This document shows positions 38,534 through 48,605 of a stretch of DNA of 64,000 nt, piece after piece (position 1 is the first letter of the stretch; each line of letters starts with the position of its first letter). Source of the stretch: a virus. The notes beneath the pieces are model-generated. The model did no database searches. It worked only from the letters and a program-made list of their open reading frames with translations, and was not told the DNA's origin. Where the stretch lies: positions 1-64,000 of IMG/VR virus record IMGVR_UViG_3300042934_000619. The stretch is one strand, 5' to 3'. The position numbers and the translations under genes are program-made.

Positions 38534-38727
38534 CTGCTTCTTCGTCTGTGGGGATGGGCGAGGGGGTCAGCACCACCTCTGCGAGTGGCTGAGGTCATTG
38601 AGGGTCGGCTCCGCCCAAGAAGTGCGCAAGGAGTCTCACCGTGTCCGCTGCTTGGCGGTGCCGGGCACGATGGAACGCGCACCCATTCATCCGGTGGGTG
38701 CGCGTTCCACGTACAGAAGGAGACAGT

Positions 38728-38973
38728 GTGAGTAATTCACACGCAGCAGAAGGTCTTATCGGTTCACTCGACACAACGCCATGGCTTTACCCTCTGGTTA
38801 TCGGGCTTGTCCTTATCTTCGTGTCCGCCCTTTTGTTTCGTGCGGCCGATCGTTTCACCAAGGGTGGCGCCAGTTCGGACGGATGCATCAACGTGCTGCT
38901 CGTCATGGTCGGGCTTGTACTGGGGGCCACGGGATTCATCTGCCTGTGCCTCGGACTCTTCGGGTGGTTCTGA
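38728..38973 (+). CDS. small two-TM membrane protein
   Basis: RBS AGAAGGAG, two hydrophobic helices. Confidence 0.7.
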   Translation: MSNSHAAEGLIGSLDTTPWLYPLVIGLVLIFVSALLFRAADRFTKGGASSDGCINVLLVMVGLVLGATGFICLCLGLFGWF

Positions 38974-39047
38974 ACACACCCGAAGGGCGTGCTTTACCCG
39001 GCCCTGGATGAAAAAATTCAAGGCCGACAGACAGGCGAAGGAGAAGC

Positions 39048-40166
39048 GTGAAGGATCAGCAGAACTTCATCAACCACATAGCTCTGGTGCTCGACGCCTC
39101 CGGATCGATGGGGCGGCACAAGCGCAGCCTGATCAAGGTGGCCGACGAGCAGATCGCCTACCTCGCCCGGCGCTCCGAAGAGCTGAACCAGGAAACCCGG
39201 GTCACCATCTACACCTTCGACGACCAGGTGAAGTGCCTGGTCTACGACAAGGACGTGCTCCGCCTCCCCAGCATCAAGGATCTGTATGTGGTCGGCGGTA
39301 TGACCGCTCTGATCGACGCCACGATGCAGTCGCAGGACGACCTCGCGCACACCTGGGAAGGGTACGGCGACCACTCGTTCCTGACCTTCGTCCTCACCGA
39401 CGGCCTGGAGAACGCCAGCGGTACTACCGGCGGCTACTACCGAGAGTCCCGGGATGTCCTGGCCGAGCGCCTGACCAGCCGCCTGGAGGCAATGCCGGAC
39501 CACTGGACCGTGGCCGTGCTCGTGCCCGACCAGATGGCCAAGCGGGAGGCGATGGGCTTCGGGTTCCCGAAGGACAACATCGCCATCTGGGACACCAACT
39601 CCTCGGACGGCGTGGAGGAGGCGGTCAGCACCATCCGAACCGCCACTGACACGTACATGACCAACCGCACCAAGGGTGTGCGCGGGACCAAGACCCTGTT
39701 CGTCGGCGAGAACGTGGACGCCAGCGCGATCAAGAACGCCAAGCTCACGCCGCTGTCGAACAGCGACCGGAAGATCGTCGTCGTCGCCAAGACGAGGGAC
39801 ACCGAGTCCCTGTTCTTCGAGAAGCCGATCAACCGGGCCACGAAGACACGTCCTGTCCCGGACAAGGCGCTGCACGTGGAGATCAAGCCGTTCGTGGACG
39901 CCGCCTTCCCTCCCTACCGGGTGGGCATGGCGTACTACGAGCTGATCAAGTCCGAGCGTGTCACCGGCGACAAGCAGATCGCGGTGGTCGACGTGGACAC
40001 CAATCAGGTGTACGTCGGGGACGGTGCCCGGCAGCTCCTTGGGCTGCCTGCCGGTCAGTGCCGGGTGAAGCCGACGCTCAACCCGAACTACAAGGTCTTC
40101 GTCGAGTCGACGTCGCTGAACCGGCACCTGCGTGTCGGCTCGCAGCTTCTGCTGCTGACGAAGTGA
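39048..40166 (+). CDS. vWA-domain protein
   Basis: MIDAS LVLDASGSM, GGMTALIDA, LTDG.EN. Confidence 0.9.
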   Translation: MKDQQNFINHIALVLDASGSMGRHKRSLIKVADEQIAYLARRSEELNQETRVTIYTFDDQVKCLVYDKDVLRLPSIKDLYVVGGMTALIDATMQSQDDLAHTWEGYGDHSFLTFVLTDGLENASGTTGGYYRESRDVLAERLTSRLEAMPDHWTVAVLVPDQMAKREAMGFGFPKDNIAIWDTNSSDGVEEAVSTIRTATDTYMTNRTKGVRGTKTLFVGENVDASAIKNAKLTPLSNSDRKIVVVAKTRDTESLFFEKPINRATKTRPVPDKALHVEIKPFVDAAFPPYRVGMAYYELIKSERVTGDKQIAVVDVDTNQVYVGDGARQLLGLPAGQCRVKPTLNPNYKVFVESTSLNRHLRVGSQLLLLTK

Positions 40167-40649
40167 CATGGCGGAGCCGGGGCCGAACAAGGCCCGGCTC
40201 CTTCATCGAAGGAGACATGACAACCAATGAGACGGCGGAGTCGTCCTCTCCCTGCGTACCGTGCCCTCCTTGAGTGTGGGCGTGAGATCTGGCTGGCGGA
40301 CTCACCAATCACGAGTGCGGTGAAGTACGGCTGCAACATGGGGCTCGGCTGTGGATACCGACTGAACTGGATCTCTTGGTGGCACGTCGATGATCCCGAT
40401 AGCAAGAGGCCGAATCGAGGGAGTGAGGGCGCTGAGTAGTCCACGCGTCTACAAGAAAGTGATCAGAGGTCGCCTGGTCGTCGCTCGCCCGCGCCGAGGC
40501 TTCTGCGAGGTGCTGGTGTACGCCGGTGAGACCCCGGACACCGAGCTGGTCGGCGACTGGGAAATGCCCAGGGAGATGAACAGCGTGCTGTATCTGGCAG
40601 CTCAGCAGGCGGAGCTTCAGACTCCGCGCAACTACGAAGGAGACAGCGC

Positions 40650-41261
40650 ATGACCACGAACACCGTCCCGTCCCTGAGCAAGGACCAGGTCGCCACGCTC
40701 AACGGCAAGATCCGTGTCGGGGCCGCCTGGGACACCTCCACGCGCGGACACGGCGGGTTCCTCGGCCGCATCTCGAAGAGGGCGGGCGCCGACCTCGACG
40801 CTGTGGCCGTGCTGTTCGAGGATGGCGTGCCCGTCCGTATGGCCGGGCTCGACAACAACGACCCGCTCAAGAACGGCTCCGTCCTGCACTCCGGCGACAA
40901 CCAGACCGGCAAGGGTGAGGGCGACGACGAGTCCATCGACTTCGACCTCGGGCGGATCGACGAGGAGATCGACAAGATCGTCGTCATGGTGGCCGCCTTC
41001 AAGGAGGCCAACAAGCGCATGGGAGACCAGGGGTTCCAGGGCGCCGACAACGTCGAGTTCACCGTCTACGACATGGATGGGGGTCGCCCGGAGAAGGCGT
41101 TCCGCATCCGCCCGTCGCTCATGGGCCGGGAGAACTGTGTCATCGTCGCCACGCTTGAGCGCGTGGGCCAGGGGTGGCTCATGAAGAAGGCCAACGCCAA
41201 GGTCCACGTCGAGCACGGCAACCGCGACAAGCTCCTCATGGCGGCCGTCAACGCCGACTGA
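40650..41261 (+). CDS. terD: TerD-family stress protein
   Basis: VGAAWD, DLDA, HSGDNQTGKGEGDDESI, ..W. Confidence 0.88.
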   Translation: MTTNTVPSLSKDQVATLNGKIRVGAAWDTSTRGHGGFLGRISKRAGADLDAVAVLFEDGVPVRMAGLDNNDPLKNGSVLHSGDNQTGKGEGDDESIDFDLGRIDEEIDKIVVMVAAFKEANKRMGDQGFQGADNVEFTVYDMDGGRPEKAFRIRPSLMGRENCVIVATLERVGQGWLMKKANAKVHVEHGNRDKLLMAAVNAD

Positions 41262-41269
41262 GTATGTTG

Positions 41270-41300
41270 AGGGCCCGGACGCTTCGGCGTCCGGGCCCTT
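41270..41300 (+). terminator. hairpin after terD
   Basis: AGGGCCCGGACG-CTTCGG-CGTCCGGGCCCTT. Confidence 0.6.
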
Positions 41301-41324
41301 GTTCAACGGAAGGAGACAACTGAC

Positions 41325-41912
41325 ATGGGACTGACCGCATCCGCGCAGCGGATGGACGAGCACCTGCTGCCGTTCGTCGACAGCTTGCTGGCGGTGCACC
41401 CGGACAAGCTGGTTGCCCGAAGCCACCTGTGCGCAGCGGCTGCCTCGTTCCTGACGGTGACCCGGCAGGCGGTGTCTGGCCGTATCGCCGACGCCGTGGC
41501 GGACGGGAAGTTGATCGAGATCTTTCCCCGCTCGGACTGGCTGGTCATGCTGCTCGGCGGCACGGATCTGCCGAATCTGTACGCCGTGCAGAGCGGCAAG
41601 AACAGCGGCCTCTACGGACTGGTCAGGGATCGGCCGGTCTCTCGGGGTTCCGGCGGGGTCAGCTTCATCACCACCGGCGCCGCGCTGAGAGAACTCGTGA
41701 CCGGGCTGCGGAAGGAGTACGGTCTTCCGGACCCCGGAGAGGCGTTTTACTACGTGCCCGCCATCGAGCGGCATGTGCGCGCCGACGCCTATATGCAAAT
41801 GCTGGAGGTTCTGTCCCGTTACCGCGCACATAGCCCCGGTGATGCGTCAAATGCACTCGTCGTCAACGAACTGCTGGCGGTTGTCAATCTGAAGCCGCCG
41901 CAAGGGCACTGA
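41325..41912 (+). CDS. hypothetical protein
   Basis: RBS GAAGGAG. Confidence 0.75.
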   Translation: MGLTASAQRMDEHLLPFVDSLLAVHPDKLVARSHLCAAAASFLTVTRQAVSGRIADAVADGKLIEIFPRSDWLVMLLGGTDLPNLYAVQSGKNSGLYGLVRDRPVSRGSGGVSFITTGAALRELVTGLRKEYGLPDPGEAFYYVPAIERHVRADAYMQMLEVLSRYRAHSPGDASNALVVNELLAVVNLKPPQGH

Positions 41913-42488
41913 AGCCGTCACGATGGGCAGCGATATGAAGACGCGAAGGACGTGGCACGACCGTCCTGTGATTGCCCCGCTGGTGTACGGAGTCTCGACC
42001 GTGGCGATAGGCGGTGTCGGGTATGCATCCGGCTTCCTGGCCACGGATTCCGTTATCCACGCAATCTACGCATCTCTATTCATAGAGGCGTTGCTCGTGC
42101 TGTACTTGCGAGCAAGTCACAAAGAGGCGAGGAGGAAAAGCGCATGAACCATGCGATGAGTACCGTCCCGTTCGGTGAACGATTCAGTGCGTCCTGTGAG
42201 TGGGCGCAGAGCCGGGCCGCCAAGTCCGTCAGTCCGGAGCGGTACATGGAACTGTTCCACAACGCGATGGCGGAGGCTCGACGGAACGGGGAGAACGCGA
42301 TCGTCGACCAGTCCCCTGACTGGGGCGACCCCACACACCTGGCCGCCGAGGTCGAGGCACTGGCCGCACGCCGGGCGATGAGGCACTGGGGTACCACGTG
42401 GGGGATCTGCCTGAGACGCCGCGTGAGCAAGCAGGATCTGGCAGCATAGGTCCAACGAGACAGACGGAAAGAGCGGAAGGAGACGGTC

Positions 42489-42749
42489 ATGTCGTGCGCA
42501 GAGGCGGACGAGGAGCCGACGCACCACATCTCGAAGGAGCTGGAACAGAAGCTGGTCGAGGCCAAGGAGTGGTACGACCGGCGTGCGAGGCTTGAGTTCG
42601 TCATCCGGACCTACGGCGGCAGTGCTCAGCGCAACCAGGAAGACCGAGACGAGAGCGACCGTGAGGGCGCGTCCCTGCTGACCGAGATCGCCGAGATCGT
42701 CGACGAGACGTGGGGCTTCGAGAAGCCGCTGCGGGAGGCGGGGGAGTGA
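42489..42749 (+). CDS. hypothetical protein
   Basis: RBS GAAGGAG. Confidence 0.7.
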   Translation: MSCAEADEEPTHHISKELEQKLVEAKEWYDRRARLEFVIRTYGGSAQRNQEDRDESDREGASLLTEIAEIVDETWGFEKPLREAGE

Positions 42750-42967
42750 CTCACTTCAAGGACGTCGGGCGTATGGTCCTGGAGATCACGATCGAGGACC
42801 GGCTCGGGGACACGGCTGCGCTGTACGACCTCTTGGCGCTGGTCGAGGGGTACGTGGAGCGCTTCGGCTTCGTGGATCTCGATGAGGTGGACACCGCCGA
42901 GTTCGAGGCGCTGGCCAAGCGGTACCTTCGCAGCTGACACAGGGCTCCGGCCGAGTGTGTAGAACAC

Positions 42968-43822
42968 ATGACCGGCGCCCTTCAGCGTGTGGTAGGTTTC
43001 GACCCGTCAGGCGGTGCGTCTGAGGAAAGAGACAACGTGGAACGAGACAGCGCCTCCGAGGTAGAAGGTTGTCGGAGGCAGAACGAGCGTCTGCGTGAGC
43101 GTCTGCGTCAGGAGCAGAAGCAGACGGAAGCCCTGCGTGCGAAAGCCGACCGTTGGTATCAGTCGGCAGCGAATCTCACCTGGGCGCTGGTCGACGCCAA
43201 CGCGAGGCTGAACGAAGCGCAGAACGACCTGGCGGAGCTGAGCAAGTTCAACGGTGTGCAATGGCTGCGCGACGAACTGGCTTGCGAACGCGGCAAGGTC
43301 GCGACACTCAAGGCGCGGAGACAGGGATGGAACGACCTGGCCCGTCGAGCCACCACCGCCAAGGCGGAGGAAGCGCAACGGGCCCGTGACCTCGACGCGG
43401 TGGTCGAAGAGCTGCGAGGCAAGCTCGTAAAGAACGAGCAGAAGCTGGAAGGCGTTATCAGCCGAGCTGAGGGGATGGTCTGGGAGCGCGACAAACGTGA
43501 GCGCCGTTTTTTGCAATGGTGTGAGCGTTGGCAGCGGGGCGAGGTGGGAGCCCATGAGGTAGTCGCGGGCATCACCGCCGAACTGGGCGGCCACCAGATG
43601 GAGGAGACCTCCGTACTGGACCGGCGCCGCGCGATCGAGCATGCCAAGACGGTGTCGATCATGAACGAGGCGACCGATCAACTCTCCGCTATCGTGCGGC
43701 TGTTGGCTGCTGAGGGTGTCCCGTTCAAGGGGACGGCGGTCGAGCTGGTAGGGGACTACATCGCCCGGGTCAACGGGCGAGTGGCAGCGTCGGAGGGTGA
43801 CGCTGAGAAGAAGCGGCAGTAG
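42968..43822 (+). CDS. coiled-coil protein (start uncertain)
   Basis: Heptad-like E/R/L-rich sequence. Confidence 0.75.
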   Translation: MTGALQRVVGFDPSGGASEERDNVERDSASEVEGCRRQNERLRERLRQEQKQTEALRAKADRWYQSAANLTWALVDANARLNEAQNDLAELSKFNGVQWLRDELACERGKVATLKARRQGWNDLARRATTAKAEEAQRARDLDAVVEELRGKLVKNEQKLEGVISRAEGMVWERDKRERRFLQWCERWQRGEVGAHEVVAGITAELGGHQMEETSVLDRRRAIEHAKTVSIMNEATDQLSAIVRLLAAEGVPFKGTAVELVGDYIARVNGRVAASEGDAEKKRQ

Positions 43823-43844
43823 CCGCACAAGGGAGGGGAAAGTA

Positions 43845-44015
43845 ATGTCCGACAACGGACAGCTCGCACAAACCGGTCTGGGCACGGTCGTGGTGGGCGG
43901 TACCGCCTACTACGTGGGTGGGTGGATGATCACCGCCGCCGCCGTGCTCGTCGTCGCCGGTGCTCTTCTGGTGCGCATGCGCTTCCGGCGCGGGCGCGGT
44001 GTGGGAGAGGTGTGA
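43845..44015 (+). CDS. 56-aa LAxTG sorting-signal micro-protein
   Basis: LAQTG, then hydrophobic segment and RMRFRR basic tail; RBS GGAGG. Confidence 0.75.
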   Translation: MSDNGQLAQTGLGTVVVGGTAYYVGGWMITAAAVLVVAGALLVRMRFRRGRGVGEV

Positions 44016-45520
44016 CCGGCAAACGCCGTCGGACCACGGTGCTGGCTGCGCGCCAGCACCGTTCCGGCACGGTACTGATAGGTATCGCTGTCCTTGGTCT
44101 GGCGGCCCTGTGGTCTGCTCATCACGCCATCGCGGCGGCCGACTGGGACGAGCGTACGGCCAGTCGCCTCACCGTGGTCTGGCTTGCTCTGTTCTTCGTG
44201 TTCATGGCGCAGACCCTCATGTATCACTTCGAACGTCCGTACCGTCCGACGCCCCGTCAGAAGCGGCAGCTCGACAGTCTCCACGTAGCGATCCTCGTAC
44301 CGGCGTACAACGAGGACCCCGGGTATTTCGAGCTGTGCCTGAAGTCCTTTCTTCGTCAGACGCGTCTCCCTGACTCCGTCCACATTGTCGACGACGGTTC
44401 GACGAACGGGGATTACGCGGATATACGGGCGTGGTGGGAACGCGAGGCGGGGAAGGCGGGGGTTGCCACTACCTGGCAACGCGTTCCGAACGGCGGAAAG
44501 CGCCACGCGCAGGCGCGGGGGGTGGATGTCAGCCCTGACGCGGACGTTTACATAACCTGCGACTCCGACAGCTGCTTTGCCCCTACCGCAGTGGCAGAAG
44601 TCATCGCCCCGTTCGTACGTCCTCGGGTTCAGTCGGTGGCAGGAATCGTGGTCGCCACCAACAACCGAGCCAATCTGCTGGCGCGGATCACGGACCTTTG
44701 GTTCACCACCACGCAGCTTGTCGACCGGTCCGGGCAGTCCGCCGTCGGAGCTGTCATGGTCAACTCCGGCCCGCTCGCTGCATACAGGGCGGAGGTGGTT
44801 CGCGACAACCTGGGATCCTACCTCAACGAGACATTCATGGGTCGCCCCGTCATGTTCTCGGACGACAGCCTCCTCACCCTCTATGCGCAGGAGCGTGGGC
44901 TCACCGTTCAGCAGCCATCGGCTGTTGTCTTCACGGCGATGCCGGAGAAGTGGTCACACTTCTGCCGCATGTACCTCCGGTGGATGCGCGGGTCGACGAT
45001 CCGGTCTGTGTGGCGGATGAAGTATCTGAGCCTTGCGCGCCCCGCGTTCTGGCTGCATCTGCTGCGCTGGTTCCAGATGTTCCTCGTCCAGATGGTCACC
45101 GTCTGGCTGCTCCTGGTCGAGCCGATTGCGTACAGCAATCTCCCTCCTGCGAGCATGCTGTGGGTGCCCTTCTTCATCGGATGGGCACAGGGCCTGCGCT
45201 ACATCAGCATCATCCGGAGCGACGAGCGAATTCGTTCTCGCGCGGTGACGTGGCTGCTGATGCCGCTGGCCATCGTGTTCGCCTGGACGGTACTCCGCTG
45301 GCTCCGCTGGTATGGCATCGCCACCTGCTACGTAACGGGTTGGGGTACCAGGCAAAACGGCGCGGAAGTATCCCTCGGGACGCCGAGCATTCCAAAGCAA
45401 CGCACCGGTGAGACGGAGCAAGGGCATGAGGACACTGTCCCGCTCAAAGTGCTCCTCGACCCGTATGCGGAGATCACCACGGAGCTGGAGATCGAACAGC
45501 TCCGCAACACCAACCAGTAG
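44012..45520 (+). CDS. GT2 processive glycosyltransferase (hyaluronan synthase/NodC-like)
   Basis: VPAYNED, VDDGS, GKRHA, DSD, SGPLAAYR, SDDSLLT, YLRW (QxxRW position), TM helices at both ends. Confidence 0.9.
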   Translation: MTGKRRRTTVLAARQHRSGTVLIGIAVLGLAALWSAHHAIAAADWDERTASRLTVVWLALFFVFMAQTLMYHFERPYRPTPRQKRQLDSLHVAILVPAYNEDPGYFELCLKSFLRQTRLPDSVHIVDDGSTNGDYADIRAWWEREAGKAGVATTWQRVPNGGKRHAQARGVDVSPDADVYITCDSDSCFAPTAVAEVIAPFVRPRVQSVAGIVVATNNRANLLARITDLWFTTTQLVDRSGQSAVGAVMVNSGPLAAYRAEVVRDNLGSYLNETFMGRPVMFSDDSLLTLYAQERGLTVQQPSAVVFTAMPEKWSHFCRMYLRWMRGSTIRSVWRMKYLSLARPAFWLHLLRWFQMFLVQMVTVWLLLVEPIAYSNLPPASMLWVPFFIGWAQGLRYISIIRSDERIRSRAVTWLLMPLAIVFAWTVLRWLRWYGIATCYVTGWGTRQNGAEVSLGTPSIPKQRTGETEQGHEDTVPLKVLLDPYAEITTELEIEQLRNTNQ

Positions 45521-45945
45521 TGAAGGAGGGAGACGTGGACGAAGACAGCACCATCGAGGTGCAGGTAACGATGAAGCCTTACCAGGCGCTTCGATTCGCC
45601 TGCGCCATGCGGCGCCTCGCCGAAATGTCCACGGCGAAAGAAGACAGGGAATTCTGGCGGTCCATCTATCACGAGGTGGGCGACCAGTGTGCAGGGGTGT
45701 ACATCACCTCCCGTCGTCACGTCTGGCGGCCCGCCTACGACGATGAAGTGGCTCTGAAGCGCGTGGTCGACGGGGACGAACCGTTCCCTGTTCTGTCGCG
45801 CATGGATGCCCGTCGAGCGCTTGTCGCGCTCAAAGACAAGCTGAGTGCTCGGCAGTTGGGGGAGCGCCTGTACATGGACCGCCGCACGGCATCCATGTGG
45901 CGTGCGGCATACAACCGGGGGGAGTGGAAGAAGTATGGGTTCTAG
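45520..45945 (+). CDS. hypothetical protein with C-terminal HTH
   Basis: LSARQLGERLYMDRRTA..WR. Confidence 0.7.
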   Translation: MKEGDVDEDSTIEVQVTMKPYQALRFACAMRRLAEMSTAKEDREFWRSIYHEVGDQCAGVYITSRRHVWRPAYDDEVALKRVVDGDEPFPVLSRMDARRALVALKDKLSARQLGERLYMDRRTASMWRAAYNRGEWKKYGF

Positions 45946-46315
45946 GAGCAAGCCACTCAGCAGTGCCGAACAGGCTGTTCTCAGGAAGCTCATCGCGCGA
46001 GGCGGCACGTGGGCGAACGGGGACACTCCCCTGTGGGAGAGCAGGTACTGGACCCTGCATCTGCTGAACCGCCTGGCCAGCCAAGGACTGGTCAGCGAGG
46101 TGGAGCAGGACAGGAAATACCAGGCGACCCGCGACGGCCTGGCCGTCAACCGCTGGTGACTCTGGCCTTCCAGTGGCACTGCCGTTAGAGTTCAATCACC
46201 GCCTGCGTACCCTGTGTAGAACCAAGGGACGTAACTGAACGTCTTGCAGACAAAGGGCCCGGCTGACAGATGATGCGTAAGGGCATCACGAGGGGCCCGC
46301 TAGGAAGGAGACAGC

Positions 46316-47338
46316 ATGGAAAACGTCGAGATCGAGGTCGACGGTTGGATGTACCCGGTGGCGCCGCTCGACCCGGAGATGCACGACCGCCCCAGCCCCG
46401 CGTTCCCGATCGTCATCACTCCGGCGGTCGCCCAGTCGTGGCTGCGGTACAACTGGCGTAACCGCAACAAGCGCGGCAAGGGCATCAACGACTACAGCGC
46501 CGACATGACCAATGACCGCTTCGACCTCAACGGCACGACCATCACCTTCTCCCGTCCGCTCGGACAGGGAGAGGACCCGGACGTCCCCGGCGGCAAGCCG
46601 GTCCTGATCGATGGTCAGCACCGGCTGGAGTCCTGCGTCAAGAGTGGGAAGCCGTTCCTCACCTACGTCATCTACGGACTCGACCCCACCGCCCGGCGTA
46701 CCGTGGACGGCGGCATAAAGCGTCGCTTCCAGGACATCCTCCAGATGGATGGCGAGGTCAAGACGGACGTCCTCTCGTCGGTCACGGCGCGCTGTTTCGC
46801 CTGGACCATCGGCGACCGTCACCTCACCCTCAAGCGGGCGGGCATGACCAAGGCGGCGCTGGAGGGATTCCTCAAGGAGCACCCCGAGCTCCGGCGCAGT
46901 GTGGACGTGGCGGTCCAGGTTCACGGGGATTTCATCGGATCGGGCATCCGTAAGTCGGTGGTCGGCACGGCGCACTGGCTGCTCATGCAGGCCGATCCGA
47001 CCGTCGCTCCCGAGTTCTTCATCCGCCTCGGCGACGGAGCGGAGATGCCCAAGGACCACCCGATCATGGTCCTGCGTCGGCGCATCATGAAGGACAAGAC
47101 GGACCGGGAAGCGCGCAGCAAGCGTGACGTCCCGCACGTGCCGGACTGGCAGCAGCTCTGCTACATCATCCGTACGTGGAACGCGCTGATGGAGGACAAG
47201 TCGGACTTCGCGCTGGTGAGCCGGTACGACCACCAGCGTATGCCCGTCCCGATGACGGCCGTCGAGATCGATCCGTCGAAGAATGTCTGCCTCTCTCTGC
47301 TGGTGGACGACGACGACGAGATGCCCAAGGCATCCTGA
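46316..47338 (+). CDS. ParB/Srx-like N-terminal domain protein
   Basis: ITP..A..WL..N..NR...Y..DM...F..NG...LIDGQHRL. Confidence 0.8.
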   Translation: MENVEIEVDGWMYPVAPLDPEMHDRPSPAFPIVITPAVAQSWLRYNWRNRNKRGKGINDYSADMTNDRFDLNGTTITFSRPLGQGEDPDVPGGKPVLIDGQHRLESCVKSGKPFLTYVIYGLDPTARRTVDGGIKRRFQDILQMDGEVKTDVLSSVTARCFAWTIGDRHLTLKRAGMTKAALEGFLKEHPELRRSVDVAVQVHGDFIGSGIRKSVVGTAHWLLMQADPTVAPEFFIRLGDGAEMPKDHPIMVLRRRIMKDKTDREARSKRDVPHVPDWQQLCYIIRTWNALMEDKSDFALVSRYDHQRMPVPMTAVEIDPSKNVCLSLLVDDDDEMPKAS

Positions 47339-47392
47339 CGTAGCGCAGCCGGGGCACATCAGTGCCCCGGCTGTACGTATGAAGGTGATGAG

Positions 47393-47851
47393 ATGACAGC
47401 TGACTACCGTGTATTGGTCACAGCCAGCCGGGACCTGAAGGACCGGCTCCTGGTGCGGCAGCTGCTCGACGACTGCCTGACGATCGCTTTGTACGAAGAG
47501 TACGAGCGCCTCGTCGTGGTGCATGGCGCATGCCCGACCGGTGGTGACGCGTTCGCCGACGAGTGGGCCGTCGAAATGAAGAATGCGGGTATGCCGGTCG
47601 ACTACGAACGGCATCCCGCTCAAGGGCACCCCACGCAGGACTTCGGCCCGTGGCCGGGGTGCGGTCCGCGACGGAACGGCTACATGGTTTCCCTGGGTGC
47701 GCACGAGTGTCTGGCCCTCATCGGCCCGTGCACATCGACCCGCTGTCGACGGATTGATCCTCATGGCAGTCATGGCGCCAGTGGCTGCGCCGCCGCAGCG
47801 CTCAGGGCGGGGATCAAGGTGGATAAGTGGGATCTGTGGAAGGCATCCTGA
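47393..47851 (+). CDS. SLOG-family (DUF2493/YspA-like) protein
   Basis: RVLVT.SR, VVVHGAC.TG.D..A..WA, HPA, GP.RN..MV. Confidence 0.85.
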   Translation: MTADYRVLVTASRDLKDRLLVRQLLDDCLTIALYEEYERLVVVHGACPTGGDAFADEWAVEMKNAGMPVDYERHPAQGHPTQDFGPWPGCGPRRNGYMVSLGAHECLALIGPCTSTRCRRIDPHGSHGASGCAAAALRAGIKVDKWDLWKAS

Positions 47852-48191
47852 CGGCAGCCGGGCAGCTGGCCCACGTATCCGAGTTCCGGTTCGACTACTG
47901 GCACACCGATGTTGAGCACCGGTACTACACGGTGCGTCGTGGCGTAAATCGCTATGACGGCCGATGGGGTGTCAATGAAGGTGGCGTCATGGGTGTGTAC
48001 TGGGACGGTGAGGGCTGGGCCCACGTGCGTGGCTCGGGCGCGTATCGCTATGAGCTGGAAGAGGCGTTGCCGATTGCTCAGCGTCTTGCGTTCGAAGAGA
48101 ACCAACACGTCATCATGGTCATGGAGAACCGGTTCCCTGGAGAGTTCCGGGGTGGACCATATGACATGTCCGCAGGAAGGTAGGGAGAGGC

Positions 48192-48593
48192 ATGGCTGAG
48201 GAAAAGTACCCCAAGGGATTCACTGTCTGCGTCTACCTGCCGAACGGGGTGACCGACGAGCAGATCAACCGCGTTGCGGATCACATCTCGGAGGGGGTGT
48301 ACGGTGACCTGCTCGCCGATCGCGGGCAGTGGGCTCCGTTCGTGGTCGGGCATAAGGGCGACCTGCTTCAGATCGACCACGAGGGACACGACTGCTGTCC
48401 TCCGCACATCTACCTCTCGACGTCGTGCTTTCACGGCAACCACAATTACTGTCAGGCTGAGCGTGGCCTGATCGGGAACAAGACGCCCGCTGTTTGCAAA
48501 TTCTGTGATGCTCCGTGTACGTGCGTCTGTCATGCGCAGATGCAGGGTAAGAGGCAGGCGGAAGGAGAAGGGCCCCATGTGGATACTCCGTGA
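48192..48593 (+). CDS. Cys/His-rich protein
   Basis: HIYLSTSC.H..H.YC...CKFC...C.C.CH. Confidence 0.8.
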   Translation: MAEEKYPKGFTVCVYLPNGVTDEQINRVADHISEGVYGDLLADRGQWAPFVVGHKGDLLQIDHEGHDCCPPHIYLSTSCFHGNHNYCQAERGLIGNKTPAVCKFCDAPCTCVCHAQMQGKRQAEGEGPHVDTP

Positions 48594-48605
48594 AGGAGAG
48601 AGGTA

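Noticed and set aside
38703-38716. Eighth parS site (CGTTCCACGTACAG)
   Set aside because: Right half does not match; it is part of an RNA hairpin
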